A stretch of 64,000 nucleotides of DNA, from NCBI GenBank assembly GCA_963742735.1, contig CAVUMN010000004.1:1472001-1536000 (forward strand), read 5' to 3'. Below the pieces are notes generated by a model. It worked only from the letters and a program-made list of their open reading frames with translations. It searched no databases and was not told the DNA's origin. Each line of letters opens with the position of its first letter. The first letter of the stretch is position 1. Position numbers and translations under genes: made by a program. Source of the DNA: an uncultured Actinomycetes bacterium (lineage in GTDB: Bacteria; Actinomycetota; UBA4738; JBBDTT01). This document shows, one piece after another, positions 49,613-59,044 of the stretch.

Positions 49613-51261
49613 ATGGATCCCTTCCTGCAGGACCCGCCCGTCCCGTCGAACCGGTTCCGGACCGACCGCGCGCTGCGCCAGGGCGCTGGAGCGGCTGCTG
49701 GGGCCCGACGCCTTCGCCGAGGCCTCGCCCGAGCTCGACGAGATGGGCGAGCGCGCGTCCGGCGAGCTCCGCGAGCTGGGCCTGCAGGCCGAGAACAACC
49801 CGCCCCAGCACCTGGCGTTCGACGCCTGGGGGGCCCGCGTCGACTGGCTCGAGGTCGACCCGGCGTGGACCCGGCTGGTGGCGATCGCCCAGGAGACCGG
49901 CCTGGTGGCGATCCCCTACGAGGACGCGCTACGGCCTGGTCTCCCGCGTCGTGCAGGGCGGGCTCACCAACCTGTTCGACCCGGTCACCGCCACGGCGCT
50001 GTGCCCGATCGGCATGACCGACGCCGCGGCGAGCGTCCTGCAGGCGCACGACGAGGCGCTCGCCGCCCGCTACGTGCCGAAGCTCACCGCCCGCGTCGAC
50101 GGCGTGGACGTCGGGCCAGTGGATGACCGAGAAGGAGGGCGGCTCCGACGTGGGTCGGACGCGGGACCGCGGCCCGCGACCTTGGGCGACGGGACGTTCG
50201 CGCTGCGGGGGACGAAGTGGTTCACCTCCGCCACCACCGCCGACATCGCGCTGGCGCTGGCCCGGCCCGAGGGCGAGCAGCCCGGGAGCCGCGGGCTGTC
50301 GCTGTTCCTGGTCGAGCTGCGAACCCCCGAGGGCCAATGGAACGGGATCCGCGTCCGCCGGCTGAAGGACAAGTTCGGGACGAAGGCGCTCCCCACGGCC
50401 GAGCTCGACCTGGACGACGCGATCGCCACGCCGGTCGGCGGCCTGGGCCGGGGCGTCGCGAAGATTTCGGGGATGCTGAACATCACCCGCCTGGGCGCGG
50501 CCGGTTCGTGCGTCGCGCACGTCGGCGAGGCGCTCGGCCTGGCCCGCGACTACGCGCGGCGGCGTGAGGCGTTCGGACGCCTGTTGACCGAGCTCCCCAT
50601 CCACCGCGCGTGGATCGCGCGGATCGCCGCCGAGTACGAGGCGATGCTGGCGCTGTCGTTCCGCGCCGCCGTCCTGGTCGGCGAGCGCGAGCACGGGGTC
50701 GGCGACGCCGCGCTGACCCGGCTGGTGACCCCGCTGACGAAGCTGGCGTGCGGCCGCCAGGGCGTGTGGGCCGTGAGCGAGCTCATCGAGTCGTTCGGTG
50801 GCGCGGGCTACGTGGAGGACACCGGGCTGCCCCGCCTGCTGCGCGACGTCCACGTCCACTGCATCTGGGAGGGCACGACCTCGGTCATGGCCGCCGACGT
50901 CCTGCGGGCCCTGGGACGCGGGGGCGCCGAGTCGTTCCTGGAAGACGTCGAGGCCAAGGCCCGCGCCTACGACCACCCGCTGATCGCGGACGCCTCCCGC
51001 GCGGTGCTCGCCGCGCGCGACGGGCTCCGCGAGCTCCTCGCCGAGCCGACCGAGGCCGAGGCCCGCCGGCTCGCGTGGGGCATGGCCCGGACCTACCAGG
51101 GCGCGCTGCTGTGCGAGGCGGCGGGGTGGGCCCTGGACAAGCACGGCGACCGGCGGACGGCCACAGCCGCCGCGCTGTTCACCTCCGAGCCGATGCTCGA
51201 CGACCGCCCGCCCGTCGACGACGAGGCCGACCTGGCCGCCCTGGCGTTCGACGCGGGATGA
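49613..51261 (+). CDS. Acyl-CoA dehydrogenase (AidB-like), interrupted by several single-base insertions
   Basis: Motifs GQWMTEKEGGSDVG, GTKWFTS, RRLKDKFGT, GGAGYVED and IWEGT. Shifts near 49682, 49927, 50101 and 50160-50190. Confidence 0.8.
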
Positions 51262-51806
51262 CCCGGGGCCGCCTGACCGCCGCCCTGGTCGCCGCGGCGC
51301 TGCTGGCGGCCGGCTGTAGCGGCGAGGAACCCCCGCCGACTCCGTCCAGGAACGAGGACCTCTCGGTCACCAGCTCGGCGTTCCAGGACGGCGGGACCAT
51401 CCCGGTCACGCACACCTGCGACGGCGAGAACCTCCCCCCGCCCCTGGTGTGGGCCGGCGAGCCCGAGGGCACCGCGGCCTTCGCGGTCATCGTCAGCGAC
51501 CCCGACGCGCCAGGCGGGGACTTCATCCACATGGTGGCGTTCGACATCCCGGCGACCGAGCACGCTCTGGACCTGGCCGCGGGCTTCGCGGGAGAGATCA
51601 CGTTCGGGGTCAACTCGTTCGACCGGCCCGACTACGACGGGCCGTGTCCGCCCGAGGGCGCCGATCCGCACCGCTACCGGTTCACGGTGTACGCGCTGTC
51701 GCGCGTCCTCGGGCTGGAGGCCGACGTGTCCTATGAGGACGTCCGCGCTGAGATCGACCAGGCGGCGCTGGCCTCGGGGACCCTGGAGGGGCTGTTCGGC
51801 CACTGA
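51258..51806 (+). CDS. YbhB/YbcL (PEBP/Raf kinase inhibitor-like) lipoprotein
   Basis: Lipobox LLAAGC. Motifs DPDAPGGDFIH and YDGPCPP..PHRY.F. Confidence 0.9.
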   Translation: MTRGRLTAALVAAALLAAGCSGEEPPPTPSRNEDLSVTSSAFQDGGTIPVTHTCDGENLPPPLVWAGEPEGTAAFAVIVSDPDAPGGDFIHMVAFDIPATEHALDLAAGFAGEITFGVNSFDRPDYDGPCPPEGADPHRYRFTVYALSRVLGLEADVSYEDVRAEIDQAALASGTLEGLFGH

Positions 51807-51810
51807 GGCC

Positions 51811-51832
51811 GGCGGGGGGACCGCCCCCCGTC
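51811..51832. terminator. GC-rich hairpin between convergent genes
   Basis: GGCGGGGGG-ACCG-CCCCCCGTC forms a 9-bp stem. Confidence 0.45.
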
Positions 51833-52490
51833 AGTCCTGGAAGCGCTTGGAGATGAACTCGACGGTGCGGTCCCAGGCCAGCTCCGCGGCCTCCTCGTCG
51901 AAGGCCTCGTCGGCCTCTCGGAAGAAGTCGTGCTGCGCGCCCTCGTAGACGTGGACCTCGCCCCCGTGGGCCTCGAGGTGGGCGCGCGCCGCCTCGATCC
52001 CTTCGCCGTACCAGGCGTCCTCGGAGCCGATGTGGACCTGGATCGGCGCCAGCGGCGTCCGGCCCCCGTGGTCGCCGAGCCCGTAGAACAGCACCGCGGC
52101 GCTCAGGCGGTCGTCGCGGTGGGCGAGGTCGAAGGCGAGGTCGCCGCCCAGGCTGAGCCCGACCACCGCGATCTTCTCCACCCCCTGCCGCTGGAGCCAC
52201 GCGATGGTGGCCTGGAGGTCGGCGAATGCCGCGTCGCGGTCGAGGCCGGTCATCAGCTTCTCGGCCTCTTCGGCGTCCTCGGCCAGCCTCCCGCGATACA
52301 GGTCGGGGGCGATCGAGCTGTACTCGTGGCTGCTGGTGAACCGCAGGGCGACGTCCTGGATGTGGCCGTCGAGGCCGAACCACTCGTGCAGGACGATCAC
52401 GGTCGGGTTCGGGAAGTCGAAGGAGCGCGCGAAGAACGCGGGCAGGGGCCCGTTGGGCGTGGTGATCTCGACATCGCGTACGCGGGTCAC
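51831..52490 (-). CDS. Dienelactone hydrolase family protein
   Basis: Motifs LHEWFGL, APDLY, GLSLGG (Ser nucleophile rather than Cys) and YEGAQHDF. Confidence 0.87.
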   Translation of the reverse strand: MTRVRDVEITTPNGPLPAFFARSFDFPNPTVIVLHEWFGLDGHIQDVALRFTSSHEYSSIAPDLYRGRLAEDAEEAEKLMTGLDRDAAFADLQATIAWLQRQGVEKIAVVGLSLGGDLAFDLAHRDDRLSAAVLFYGLGDHGGRTPLAPIQVHIGSEDAWYGEGIEAARAHLEAHGGEVHVYEGAQHDFFREADEAFDEEAAELAWDRTVEFISKRFQD

Positions 52491-52540
52491 GGCGGGGGAG
52501 CCTAGCAGCGGGCCGAAGGGCGCGGCGTATCCTCGCGCAC

Positions 52541-53580
52541 ATGGACGACGTGATCAGGCTCACCCGGTTCAGCCACGGCGCCGGCTGAGCGTGCAAGCTG
52601 GGTCCGAGTGACCTGGCCCAGGTTCTGGGCCGCTTGCCGACATCCGAACATCCACCCGAGGTGGTCGTCTCCGGGGACACCAAGGACGACGCCGCGGTCA
52701 TCCGCCTGCCCCGCGGCGGCCTGCTGGTGCAGACGGTCGACTTCTTCACCCCGATCGTGGACGACGCCTACGACTGGGGCCGGATCGCGGCGGCGAACGC
52801 GTTCTCGGACGTCTACGCGATGGGCGCGACGCCCTCGATCGCGCTGAACCTGGTGGGGTGGCCCGTCGACCGCCTGCCCCTGGAGTTGCTCTCGGAGGTC
52901 CTTCGCGGCGGGGCGGACGTGGCCTCGGCCGCGGGGGTGGCCATCCTGGGCGGCCACACGATCGACGACCCCGAGCCGAAGTACGGGATGGCGGTGACCG
53001 GCTTCGTGGACGAGGACCGGCTGATCCGCAACTCCACGGTGGAGGCCGGCGCGACGCTGGTGCTCACCAAGCCGCTCGGCCTCGGGATCACGACCACGGC
53101 CATCAAGCGAGAGCGGGCCACCGACGCGCAGGTGGCCTCGGCGGTCGAGGTGATGACGACGCTGAACCGCGCCGCCGCCGACGCCATGGCCGAGGCCGGC
53201 GTCGACGCGGCCACCGACGTGACCGGCTTCGGGCTGCTCGGGCACCTCTCGGAGATGCTGGAGGGCAGCGGGCTGGCCGGGACGGTCGCGCTCCAAGCCA
53301 TCCCGTTCCTGGAGGGCGTCCGCGAGCTCGCCGCGGCGGGGGTCGTGCCCGCCGGGACGCGGCGCAACCACGCCTGGCTGGCGGACCGCGTGGACTGGGG
53401 CGGGCTCGACGAGACCGAGCAGCTCATGCTGGCCGATGCTCAGACCTCCGGCGGCCTGCTCATCGCCACCCGCGAGCCGGACCGCCTCACGGCCGCCCTC
53501 GAGGCGCGCGGCGTGCTCGCGGCGACCGTCGGGCACCGCCGGAGCCCGGCGAGCCGGGAAGGATCACCGTCTCGCGGTAG
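52541..53580 (+). CDS. selD: Selenide, water dikinase (selenophosphate synthetase), selenocysteine-containing
   Basis: Starts MDDVIRLTRFSHGAG-U-ACKLGP, with in-frame TGA at 52586-88 in the catalytic UxxK motif. Also DDAAV, QTVDFFTP, GGHT, TDVTGFGL and DAQTSGGLL. The last ~15 codons need a frame correction near 53533-53542. Confidence 0.93.
52598..52621 (+). promoter_or_regulatory. Putative bacterial SECIS hairpin
   Basis: CTGGGTC-CGAGTGACCT-GGCCCAG stem-loop starting 10 nt after the UGA. Confidence 0.6.
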
Positions 53581-53636
53581 AATTTGCACCTGCGAAGTCG
53601 GAATTCGCCGCCGCTCGAGAGGGTTTCCACGAAGAC

Positions 53637-54041
53637 ATGGGCTCCATCACGCTGCCGAAGGACATCGTCGAGGCGATGATCGAGCACGCCCGGACCGAGT
53701 ACCCGAACGAGGCGTGCGGGGTCATCGCGGGCCGCGACGGCGAGGCCGTGCACGTGTTCGCCATGGCCAACGCCGACGCCAGCCCGGTGACCTACCGGCT
53801 GGAGCCCAAGGAGCAGCTGCGCGTGTTCGACGAGCTCGACGAGAAGGGGTGGGACCTGTTCGCGATCTTCCACTCCCACACCCACTCCGAGGCCTATCCG
53901 TCTCCGACGGACCGCCGCCTGGCCTTCTATCCCGAGGCCCGGTACGTGATCCTGTCGCTGCAGGACCGCGAGCAGCCGGACGTCCGGGCGTTCCGGATCG
54001 ACGAGGGCGAGGTCACCGAGGAGGAGGTCGCGGTCGCATGA
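53637..54041 (+). CDS. mec: JAMM/Mov34 metallopeptidase, CysO-cysteine peptidase
   Basis: PNEACG and the JAMM motif HSHTHSEAYPSPTD. Adjacent to cysO and cysM. Confidence 0.88.
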   Translation: MGSITLPKDIVEAMIEHARTEYPNEACGVIAGRDGEAVHVFAMANADASPVTYRLEPKEQLRVFDELDEKGWDLFAIFHSHTHSEAYPSPTDRRLAFYPEARYVILSLQDREQPDVRAFRIDEGEVTEEEVAVA

Positions 54042-54901
54042 CCACCGACTTCAAGTTCACCGAGGACCAGGTGATGCGCTACGCGCGCCACATCATCCTT
54101 CCCGGCATCGGGGGCGAGGGGCAGCGCAAGCTCATCGAGTCGAAGGTCCTGGTCATCGGGGCGGGCGGGCTCGGCTCGCCGGTCGCGCTGTACCTGGCCG
54201 CCGCCGGGGTCGGGACCCTCGGGATCCTGGACTTCGACCGCGTGGACCTGTCGAACCTGCAGCGCCAGATCATCCACGACACCGACGACGTCGGGAAGCC
54301 CAAGGTCCAGTCGGCCAAGGAGCGCATCAACGCGATGAACCCGAACGTCGAGGTCGTCGCCTACGACTCGGTGCTCACCTCCGCGAACGCGTTCGAGGTG
54401 CTCGAGCCGTGGGACATCGTCATCGACGGCACCGACAACTTCCCGGTCCGCTACCTGGTGAACGACGCCACGCAGATGCTCGGCAAGCCCCTCGTCTACG
54501 GCTCGATCTACCAGTTCGAGGGCCAGGCCAGCGTGTTCATGCCCGGGCAGGAGGCGCCGTGCTACCGGTGCCTGTTCCCGCAGCCCCCGCCGCCGGGCAC
54601 CGTCCCGAGCTGCGCCGAGGGCGGCGTGTTCGGGGTGCTCCCCGGCATCGTCGGCTCGATCCAGGCCACCGAGGCGATCAAGCTGATCACCGGGTTCGGG
54701 ACGCCGCTCGTGGGCAAGCTCCTGATCTTCGACGCCACGGGGATGGAGTTCACCACGGTGAAGCTGCGGTGGGACCCGGACTGCCCGGTGTGCGGCAAGC
54801 ACCCCAGCGTGACCGAGCTCATCGACTACGAGGCCTTCTGCGGCCTGGCCCCCGGCCAGGCGCCGCCCGAGGCCGAGCACGCCCCGCCCGCCACCACATA
54901 A
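54038..54901 (+). CDS. moeB: MoeB/ThiF-family sulfur-carrier adenylyltransferase (no rhodanese domain)
   Basis: Motifs RYARH, GAGGLG, SNLQRQ, PCYRC, SCAEGG and CPVCG. The protein stops right after the Zn site. Confidence 0.9.
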   Translation: MTTDFKFTEDQVMRYARHIILPGIGGEGQRKLIESKVLVIGAGGLGSPVALYLAAAGVGTLGILDFDRVDLSNLQRQIIHDTDDVGKPKVQSAKERINAMNPNVEVVAYDSVLTSANAFEVLEPWDIVIDGTDNFPVRYLVNDATQMLGKPLVYGSIYQFEGQASVFMPGQEAPCYRCLFPQPPPPGTVPSCAEGGVFGVLPGIVGSIQATEAIKLITGFGTPLVGKLLIFDATGMEFTTVKLRWDPDCPVCGKHPSVTELIDYEAFCGLAPGQAPPEAEHAPPATT

Positions 54902-54911
54902 AAGGAGACCC

Positions 54912-55187
54912 ATGGCCGTCCAGGTGAAGCTGCCAACCATCATGCGCAAGCACACGGGTGGGGAGGCGCAGGTCGAGGGGACCGGCTCGACCATCCGCGA
55001 GGTCCTCCAGGACCTGGAGTCCAAGTACGAGGGCCTGACCCGCAACGTCGTGACCGAGGACGGCGCGCTGCACCGCTTCGTCAACGTCTACGTGAACGAC
55101 GAGGACATCCGGTACCTGGGCGCCCTGGAGACCGAGGTCAAGGACGGCGACACCGTCGCGATCCTGCCCGCCGTCGCCGGCGGCTGA
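54912..55187 (+). CDS. cysO: Ubiquitin-like sulfur carrier protein (MoaD/ThiS family)
   Basis: LHRFVNVYVNDEDIR and C-terminal ILPAVAGG. Lies between mec/moeB and cysM. Confidence 0.9.
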   Translation: MAVQVKLPTIMRKHTGGEAQVEGTGSTIREVLQDLESKYEGLTRNVVTEDGALHRFVNVYVNDEDIRYLGALETEVKDGDTVAILPAVAGG

Positions 55188-55219
55188 GCCCGCGATCCGC
55201 CTGGGATAATCGCGATCCC

Positions 55220-56152
55220 ATGCGCTTCGACGACATCCTCGACGCGATCGGCAACACGCCCCTGGTGGGCATGCCGACGCTCTCGCCCAAGCCCTCGGTC
55301 CGCGTGTGGGCCAAGCTCGAGGGCAACAACCCCACCGGGTCGCTGAAGGACCGTATCGCCAAGAAGATGGTCGAGTCCGCCGAGGCTTCCGGCGAGCTGA
55401 CCCCGGACAAGACCATCCTGGAGCCCACCTCGGGCAACACGGGGATCGCCCTGGCCATGGTGGCCCGGCGCAAGGGCTACCGGCTCACGGTGGTCATGCC
55501 CGAGAACGCCAGCGCCGAGCGCGTCCAGCTGCTGGAGCTCTACGGCGCGCAGGTCGTGTTCAGCCCGGCCGACAAGGGGACCAACGGCTCGATCGAGGTC
55601 GCCCGGGCCATGGCCGCCGACGAGAAGTTCTACATGCCGTTCCAGTACGGGAACCCGGGGAACCCCGACGCCCACTACGAGGGGACCGGCGAGGAGATCG
55701 TGCGGGACCTGCCGGAGGTCACCCACTTCATCGCCGGGCTCGGCACCGGCGGGACCCTCACCGGCACCGGCCGACGGCTGAAGGAGCACAACCCGGCCGT
55801 GAAGGTGATCGCGGCCGAGCCCGAGCTGGGGGAGCTCGTCTACGGGCTCCGCTCGCTGGAGGACGGGTTCATCCCCCCGATCTTCGACGAGTCGATCCTG
55901 GACCGGAAGTTCCTGGTCGCCTCGAAGGAGGCCCTGCGCGCGACGCGCGCGGTCGTCGAGCAGGAGGGGATCTTCTGCGGCATCTCCTCCGGCGCGGTGG
56001 TCCACGTGGCCCGGCGGATCGCCCTGGAGATCGACGCCGGCGAGATCGTGTGCCTGCTCCCCGACGGGGGCTGGAAGTACCTGTCCACCCAGGCCTGGGC
56101 GCCGGAGATCGAGCGGGCGGACAAGGGCGTCGAGGAGACGCTGTGGTGGTGA
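55220..56152 (+). CDS. cysM: PLP-dependent CysO-thiocarboxylate cysteine synthase (O-phosphoserine sulfhydrylase)
   Basis: Motifs NPTGSLKDR, EPTSGNTG and GTGGT. VYGLRSL carries an Arg consistent with the phosphoserine-binding residue, and the protein ends in LWW. Confidence 0.9.
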   Translation: MRFDDILDAIGNTPLVGMPTLSPKPSVRVWAKLEGNNPTGSLKDRIAKKMVESAEASGELTPDKTILEPTSGNTGIALAMVARRKGYRLTVVMPENASAERVQLLELYGAQVVFSPADKGTNGSIEVARAMAADEKFYMPFQYGNPGNPDAHYEGTGEEIVRDLPEVTHFIAGLGTGGTLTGTGRRLKEHNPAVKVIAAEPELGELVYGLRSLEDGFIPPIFDESILDRKFLVASKEALRATRAVVEQEGIFCGISSGAVVHVARRIALEIDAGEIVCLLPDGGWKYLSTQAWAPEIERADKGVEETLWW

Positions 56153-56156
56153 TCGC

Positions 56157-56981
56157 GTGAGCGACCCTCGGCCCATCGGGGTGTTCGACTCGGGCGTCGG
56201 CGGGCTGACCGTCGTCCGCTCGATCATCGACCAGCTCCCGAACGAGTCGATCGTGTACTTCGGCGACTCGGCCCGCTACCCGTACGGCCCGCGTTCGCTG
56301 GAGGAGATCCGCGGCTTCGCCCGCGAGATCGCGTCGCTGCTGCTGGACCGCGACGTGAAGCAGCTGGTGGTGGCGTGCAACTCGGTCGAGGTCGCCGCGA
56401 TCGAGGACCTGGCCGCGAACGTCGCGGTCCCGGTGCTCGGCGTCATCGAACCGGGGGTGCGCGCCGCGCTGCGGGCCACCCGCACCGGCCGCGTCGGCGT
56501 GATCGGCACCGAGGCCACGATCGCCAGCGGCGAGTACGACCGCGCCGTCGCGGCGACCGGGGCGAGCGTGGAGCTCCACGCCGCGGCGTGTCCGGAGTTC
56601 GTCCCCCACGTCGAGGCCGGGGACACCACGTCGGACGAGCTGCGGGCGCTGGCCGAGGCGTATCTGGCGCCGCTGCGGGCCGCCGAGCGTGGACGCCCTG
56701 ATCCTGGGGTGCACGCACTACCCGCTGCTCGCCGGGCTTCTGCAGGTGGTGATGGGCCCGGACGTTCAGCTCGTGTCCAGCGCGGAGGAGACGGCGAAGG
56801 ACGTGTACGCGGAGCTGCGTCCGGACCGGCCGGCTGGCCGCGGGCCCGGCCGTCTACGAGTTCCTGTGCTCGGGCGACCCCGAGGCCGTTCCGCGCGCTC
56901 GGCGCCCGGTTCCTGGGCCCCGAGGTCTCCGAGGTCCGCTCGACCGTGCTGTCCGCGACCGCGAGGCATCCGTGGAGCTGA
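56157..56981 (+). CDS. murI: Glutamate racemase (frameshifted near 56686 and 56850-56890, probable sequencing errors)
   Basis: [14 protein letters not shown] and VVACNS in frame; [10 protein letters not shown] in an alternate frame. Confidence 0.88.
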   Translation: MSDPRPIGVFDSGVGGLTVVRSIIDQLPNESIVYFGDSARYPYGPRSLEEIRGFAREIASLLLDRDVKQLVVACNSVEVAAIEDLAANVAVPVLGVIEPGVRAALRATRTGRVGVIGTEATIASGEYDRAVAATGASVELHAAACPEFVPHVEAGDTTSDELRALAEAYLAPLRAAERGRPDPGVHALPAARRASAGGDGPGRSARVQRGGDGEGRVRGAASGPAGWPRARPSTSSCARATPRPFRALGARFLGPEVSEVRSTVLSATARHPWS

Positions 56982-57718
56982 CCGCCCTCGGCACGAGCGG
57001 GGGATGGCCCGGCGCCGGCCGCGCCTCGAGCGGCTACCTGCTCTCCCACGGCGAGGACGGCCACATCGTCATGGACCTCGGAACCGGGACGCTCTCGCGG
57101 CTGCAGGAGCTGCTCGACCTGAACGACCTGAACGGCATCGTCATCTCCCACGCGCACTACGACCACTTCCTGGACCTCTACCCGCTGTTCATCGCGCGGT
57201 TCTACGAGGAGTGCCCCACCGGCCCGATCCCGATCGTGGCCCCCGAGGGGTTCTTCGAGCACCTCTACAAGCTGACCGACGACGGCGGCGTCGACATGGG
57301 GACGGTGTTCGAGCCCCGCGAGCTCGCGTTCGGCGGGACGACGGAGCTCGGCCCGTTCCGCATCGAGGCCCACGCCATGAAGCACCTGGTGCCGACGATC
57401 GGCGTCCGGGTTTCCGCGGACGGGACCACGCTCGCGTACACCGGCGACACGGGGCCGACCGAGGAGCTGGAACCGCTGGCCCGTGGCGCGAACGCGCTGC
57501 TGTCCGAGGCGGCGCTGCAGGACATGGACGAGCCGCCGTGGTTCCACCTGAGCGCCCGGCAGGCCGGCGAGCACGCCTCGCGCGCCGGCGTCGGGCGGCT
57601 GATCCTCTCCCACTTCTGGCCGACCCACGACCGCGACGTCTCGCGGGAGCAGGCGTCCGAGGCCTTCTCCGGGCAGCTCGAGCTGCTCAGCGAGGGCACC
57701 AGGCTGGAGATCGGATGA
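56972..57718 (+). CDS. MBL-fold metallohydrolase (Rv1339-like cyclic nucleotide phosphodiesterase / RNase Z-like)
   Basis: Motifs SHAHYDH, YTGDT, HLS and LSHFWP. Occupies the conserved position between murI and rph. Confidence 0.85.
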   Translation: MELTALGTSGGWPGAGRASSGYLLSHGEDGHIVMDLGTGTLSRLQELLDLNDLNGIVISHAHYDHFLDLYPLFIARFYEECPTGPIPIVAPEGFFEHLYKLTDDGGVDMGTVFEPRELAFGGTTELGPFRIEAHAMKHLVPTIGVRVSADGTTLAYTGDTGPTEELEPLARGANALLSEAALQDMDEPPWFHLSARQAGEHASRAGVGRLILSHFWPTHDRDVSREQASEAFSGQLELLSEGTRLEIG

Positions 57719-58449
57719 GCGAGCGGGCGGACGGCCGGGCCCCCGACGAGATCCGCCCGGTCAGCATGCAGACCGGCTACCTGGAGTGGGCCGAGGGCAG
57801 CGTGCTGTTCGAGATGGGCAAGACGCGGGTGCTCGCCGCGGCCTCGTGGGAGGCCCGCGTCCCGCGGTTCCTGCAGGGGACCGGAAGCGGGTGGGTGACG
57901 GCCGAGTACGCGCTGCTGCCCCGCTCGACGTCGGTTCGAACCGAGCGGGAGTCGGCGAAGGGGAAGCTGTCGGGGCGGACCCAGGAGATCCAGCGGCTCA
58001 TCGGGCGTTCGCTCCGCGGCGTGACCCGGTTGGACAAGATGGGGGAGAACTCGATCCTCATCGATTGCGACGTCCTGCAGGCCGACGGCGGGACGCGGAC
58101 GGCGTCGATCACCGCCGGCTACATCGCCCTGGGGCTGGCGGTGCGGAATCTGACGGACCGTCAGGTCTTCACCAAGGAGGTCCTCCCCGACTCGGTGGCC
58201 GCCGTCTCGGCGGGGATCGTCGACGGCCTCCATCTGCTCGACCTTCCCTACGAGGAGGACTCCAGGGCCGAGGTCGACCTCAACGTGGTCATGACCGGCG
58301 ACGGCCGGCTCATCGAGGTCCAGGGCACCGCGGAGGGCAACCCGTTCGGTCGCGACGACCTGAACGCGCTGCTCGACCTCTCGGCGAAGGGGATCGCCGA
58401 GCTCGCCGAGATCCAGCGCCGGGCCCTAGCCGGCCCGCCCGACGCGTGA
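57715..58449 (+). CDS. rph: Ribonuclease PH
   Basis: Motifs [39 protein letters not shown] and YEEDS.AEVD.N. Confidence 0.96.
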   Translation: MSERADGRAPDEIRPVSMQTGYLEWAEGSVLFEMGKTRVLAAASWEARVPRFLQGTGSGWVTAEYALLPRSTSVRTERESAKGKLSGRTQEIQRLIGRSLRGVTRLDKMGENSILIDCDVLQADGGTRTASITAGYIALGLAVRNLTDRQVFTKEVLPDSVAAVSAGIVDGLHLLDLPYEEDSRAEVDLNVVMTGDGRLIEVQGTAEGNPFGRDDLNALLDLSAKGIAELAEIQRRALAGPPDA

Positions 58450-59036
58450 CGTTCCCCGACCGGTTGGTCATCGCCTCGCGCAACGCGGGCAAGCTCCGGG
58501 AGATTCGGCGGATCTGCGCGGACTGGCCCGTGGAGTGGGTCGAGGACGCCGACTGGCCCGACGTCGAGGAGACCGAGGACACCTACCTGGGCAACGCCGC
58601 GCTCAAGGCGCGCGCGGTGGCGGCCGCCACGGGGATCCCCGCCCTGGCCGACGACTCGGGGATCGAGGTCGACGCCCTTGGCGGCGCGCCGGGTCCGCGA
58701 TCCGCGCGCTACGCCGGGGAGGGTTCGAGCGACGAGGTCAACCTGAAGGCGCTGCTGGGGGCGATCGCGGGGATCCCGGCGGGGGGTCGCACCGCGCGCT
58801 ATCGGGCCGTGGCGCTGGTCGCCTGGCCCGGGCGAGAGGACGTGGTCTCCGCCGAGGCGACCTGCGAGGGGACGCTGATCACCAAGCCGCGGGGGACCGG
58901 CGGCTTCGGCTACGACCCCGCGTTCCTCCCCGAGGGCTGGGAGAAGACGATGGCCGAGCTCGAGCCGGAGGAGAAGGACCGCATCAGTCACCGCGGACGG
59001 TCGCTCGGCGCCCTCCGCGAGAGACTGGCCGAGTAG
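58446..59036 (+). CDS. rdgB: Non-canonical purine NTP pyrophosphatase (RdgB/HAM1)
   Basis: Motifs SRNAGK, ADDSG, GFGYDP and KDRISHRG. Confidence 0.95.
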   Translation: MTFPDRLVIASRNAGKLREIRRICADWPVEWVEDADWPDVEETEDTYLGNAALKARAVAAATGIPALADDSGIEVDALGGAPGPRSARYAGEGSSDEVNLKALLGAIAGIPAGGRTARYRAVALVAWPGREDVVSAEATCEGTLITKPRGTGGFGYDPAFLPEGWEKTMAELEPEEKDRISHRGRSLGALRERLAE

Positions 59037-59044
59037 GTGCCCGA

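Noticed and set aside
48183-51261. Programmed frameshifting or true pseudogenes in the oxidase and dehydrogenase
   Set aside because: There are too many single-base insertions without slippery sites, and the same pattern hits the normally essential murI. Sequencing error is more parsimonious.
52634-54901. 755-aa SelD-MoeB fusion ORF in the track
   Set aside because: It arises from apparent extra bases near 53533-53542. The natural SelD end (GEPGRITVSR*) is in another frame at 53580, and an intact mec gene occupies the supposed linker.
59035-59040. AGGTGC after rdgB as an att remnant of the tRNA-Leu 3' end
   Set aside because: Only 6 bp match and there is no integrase, so it cannot be distinguished from chance.
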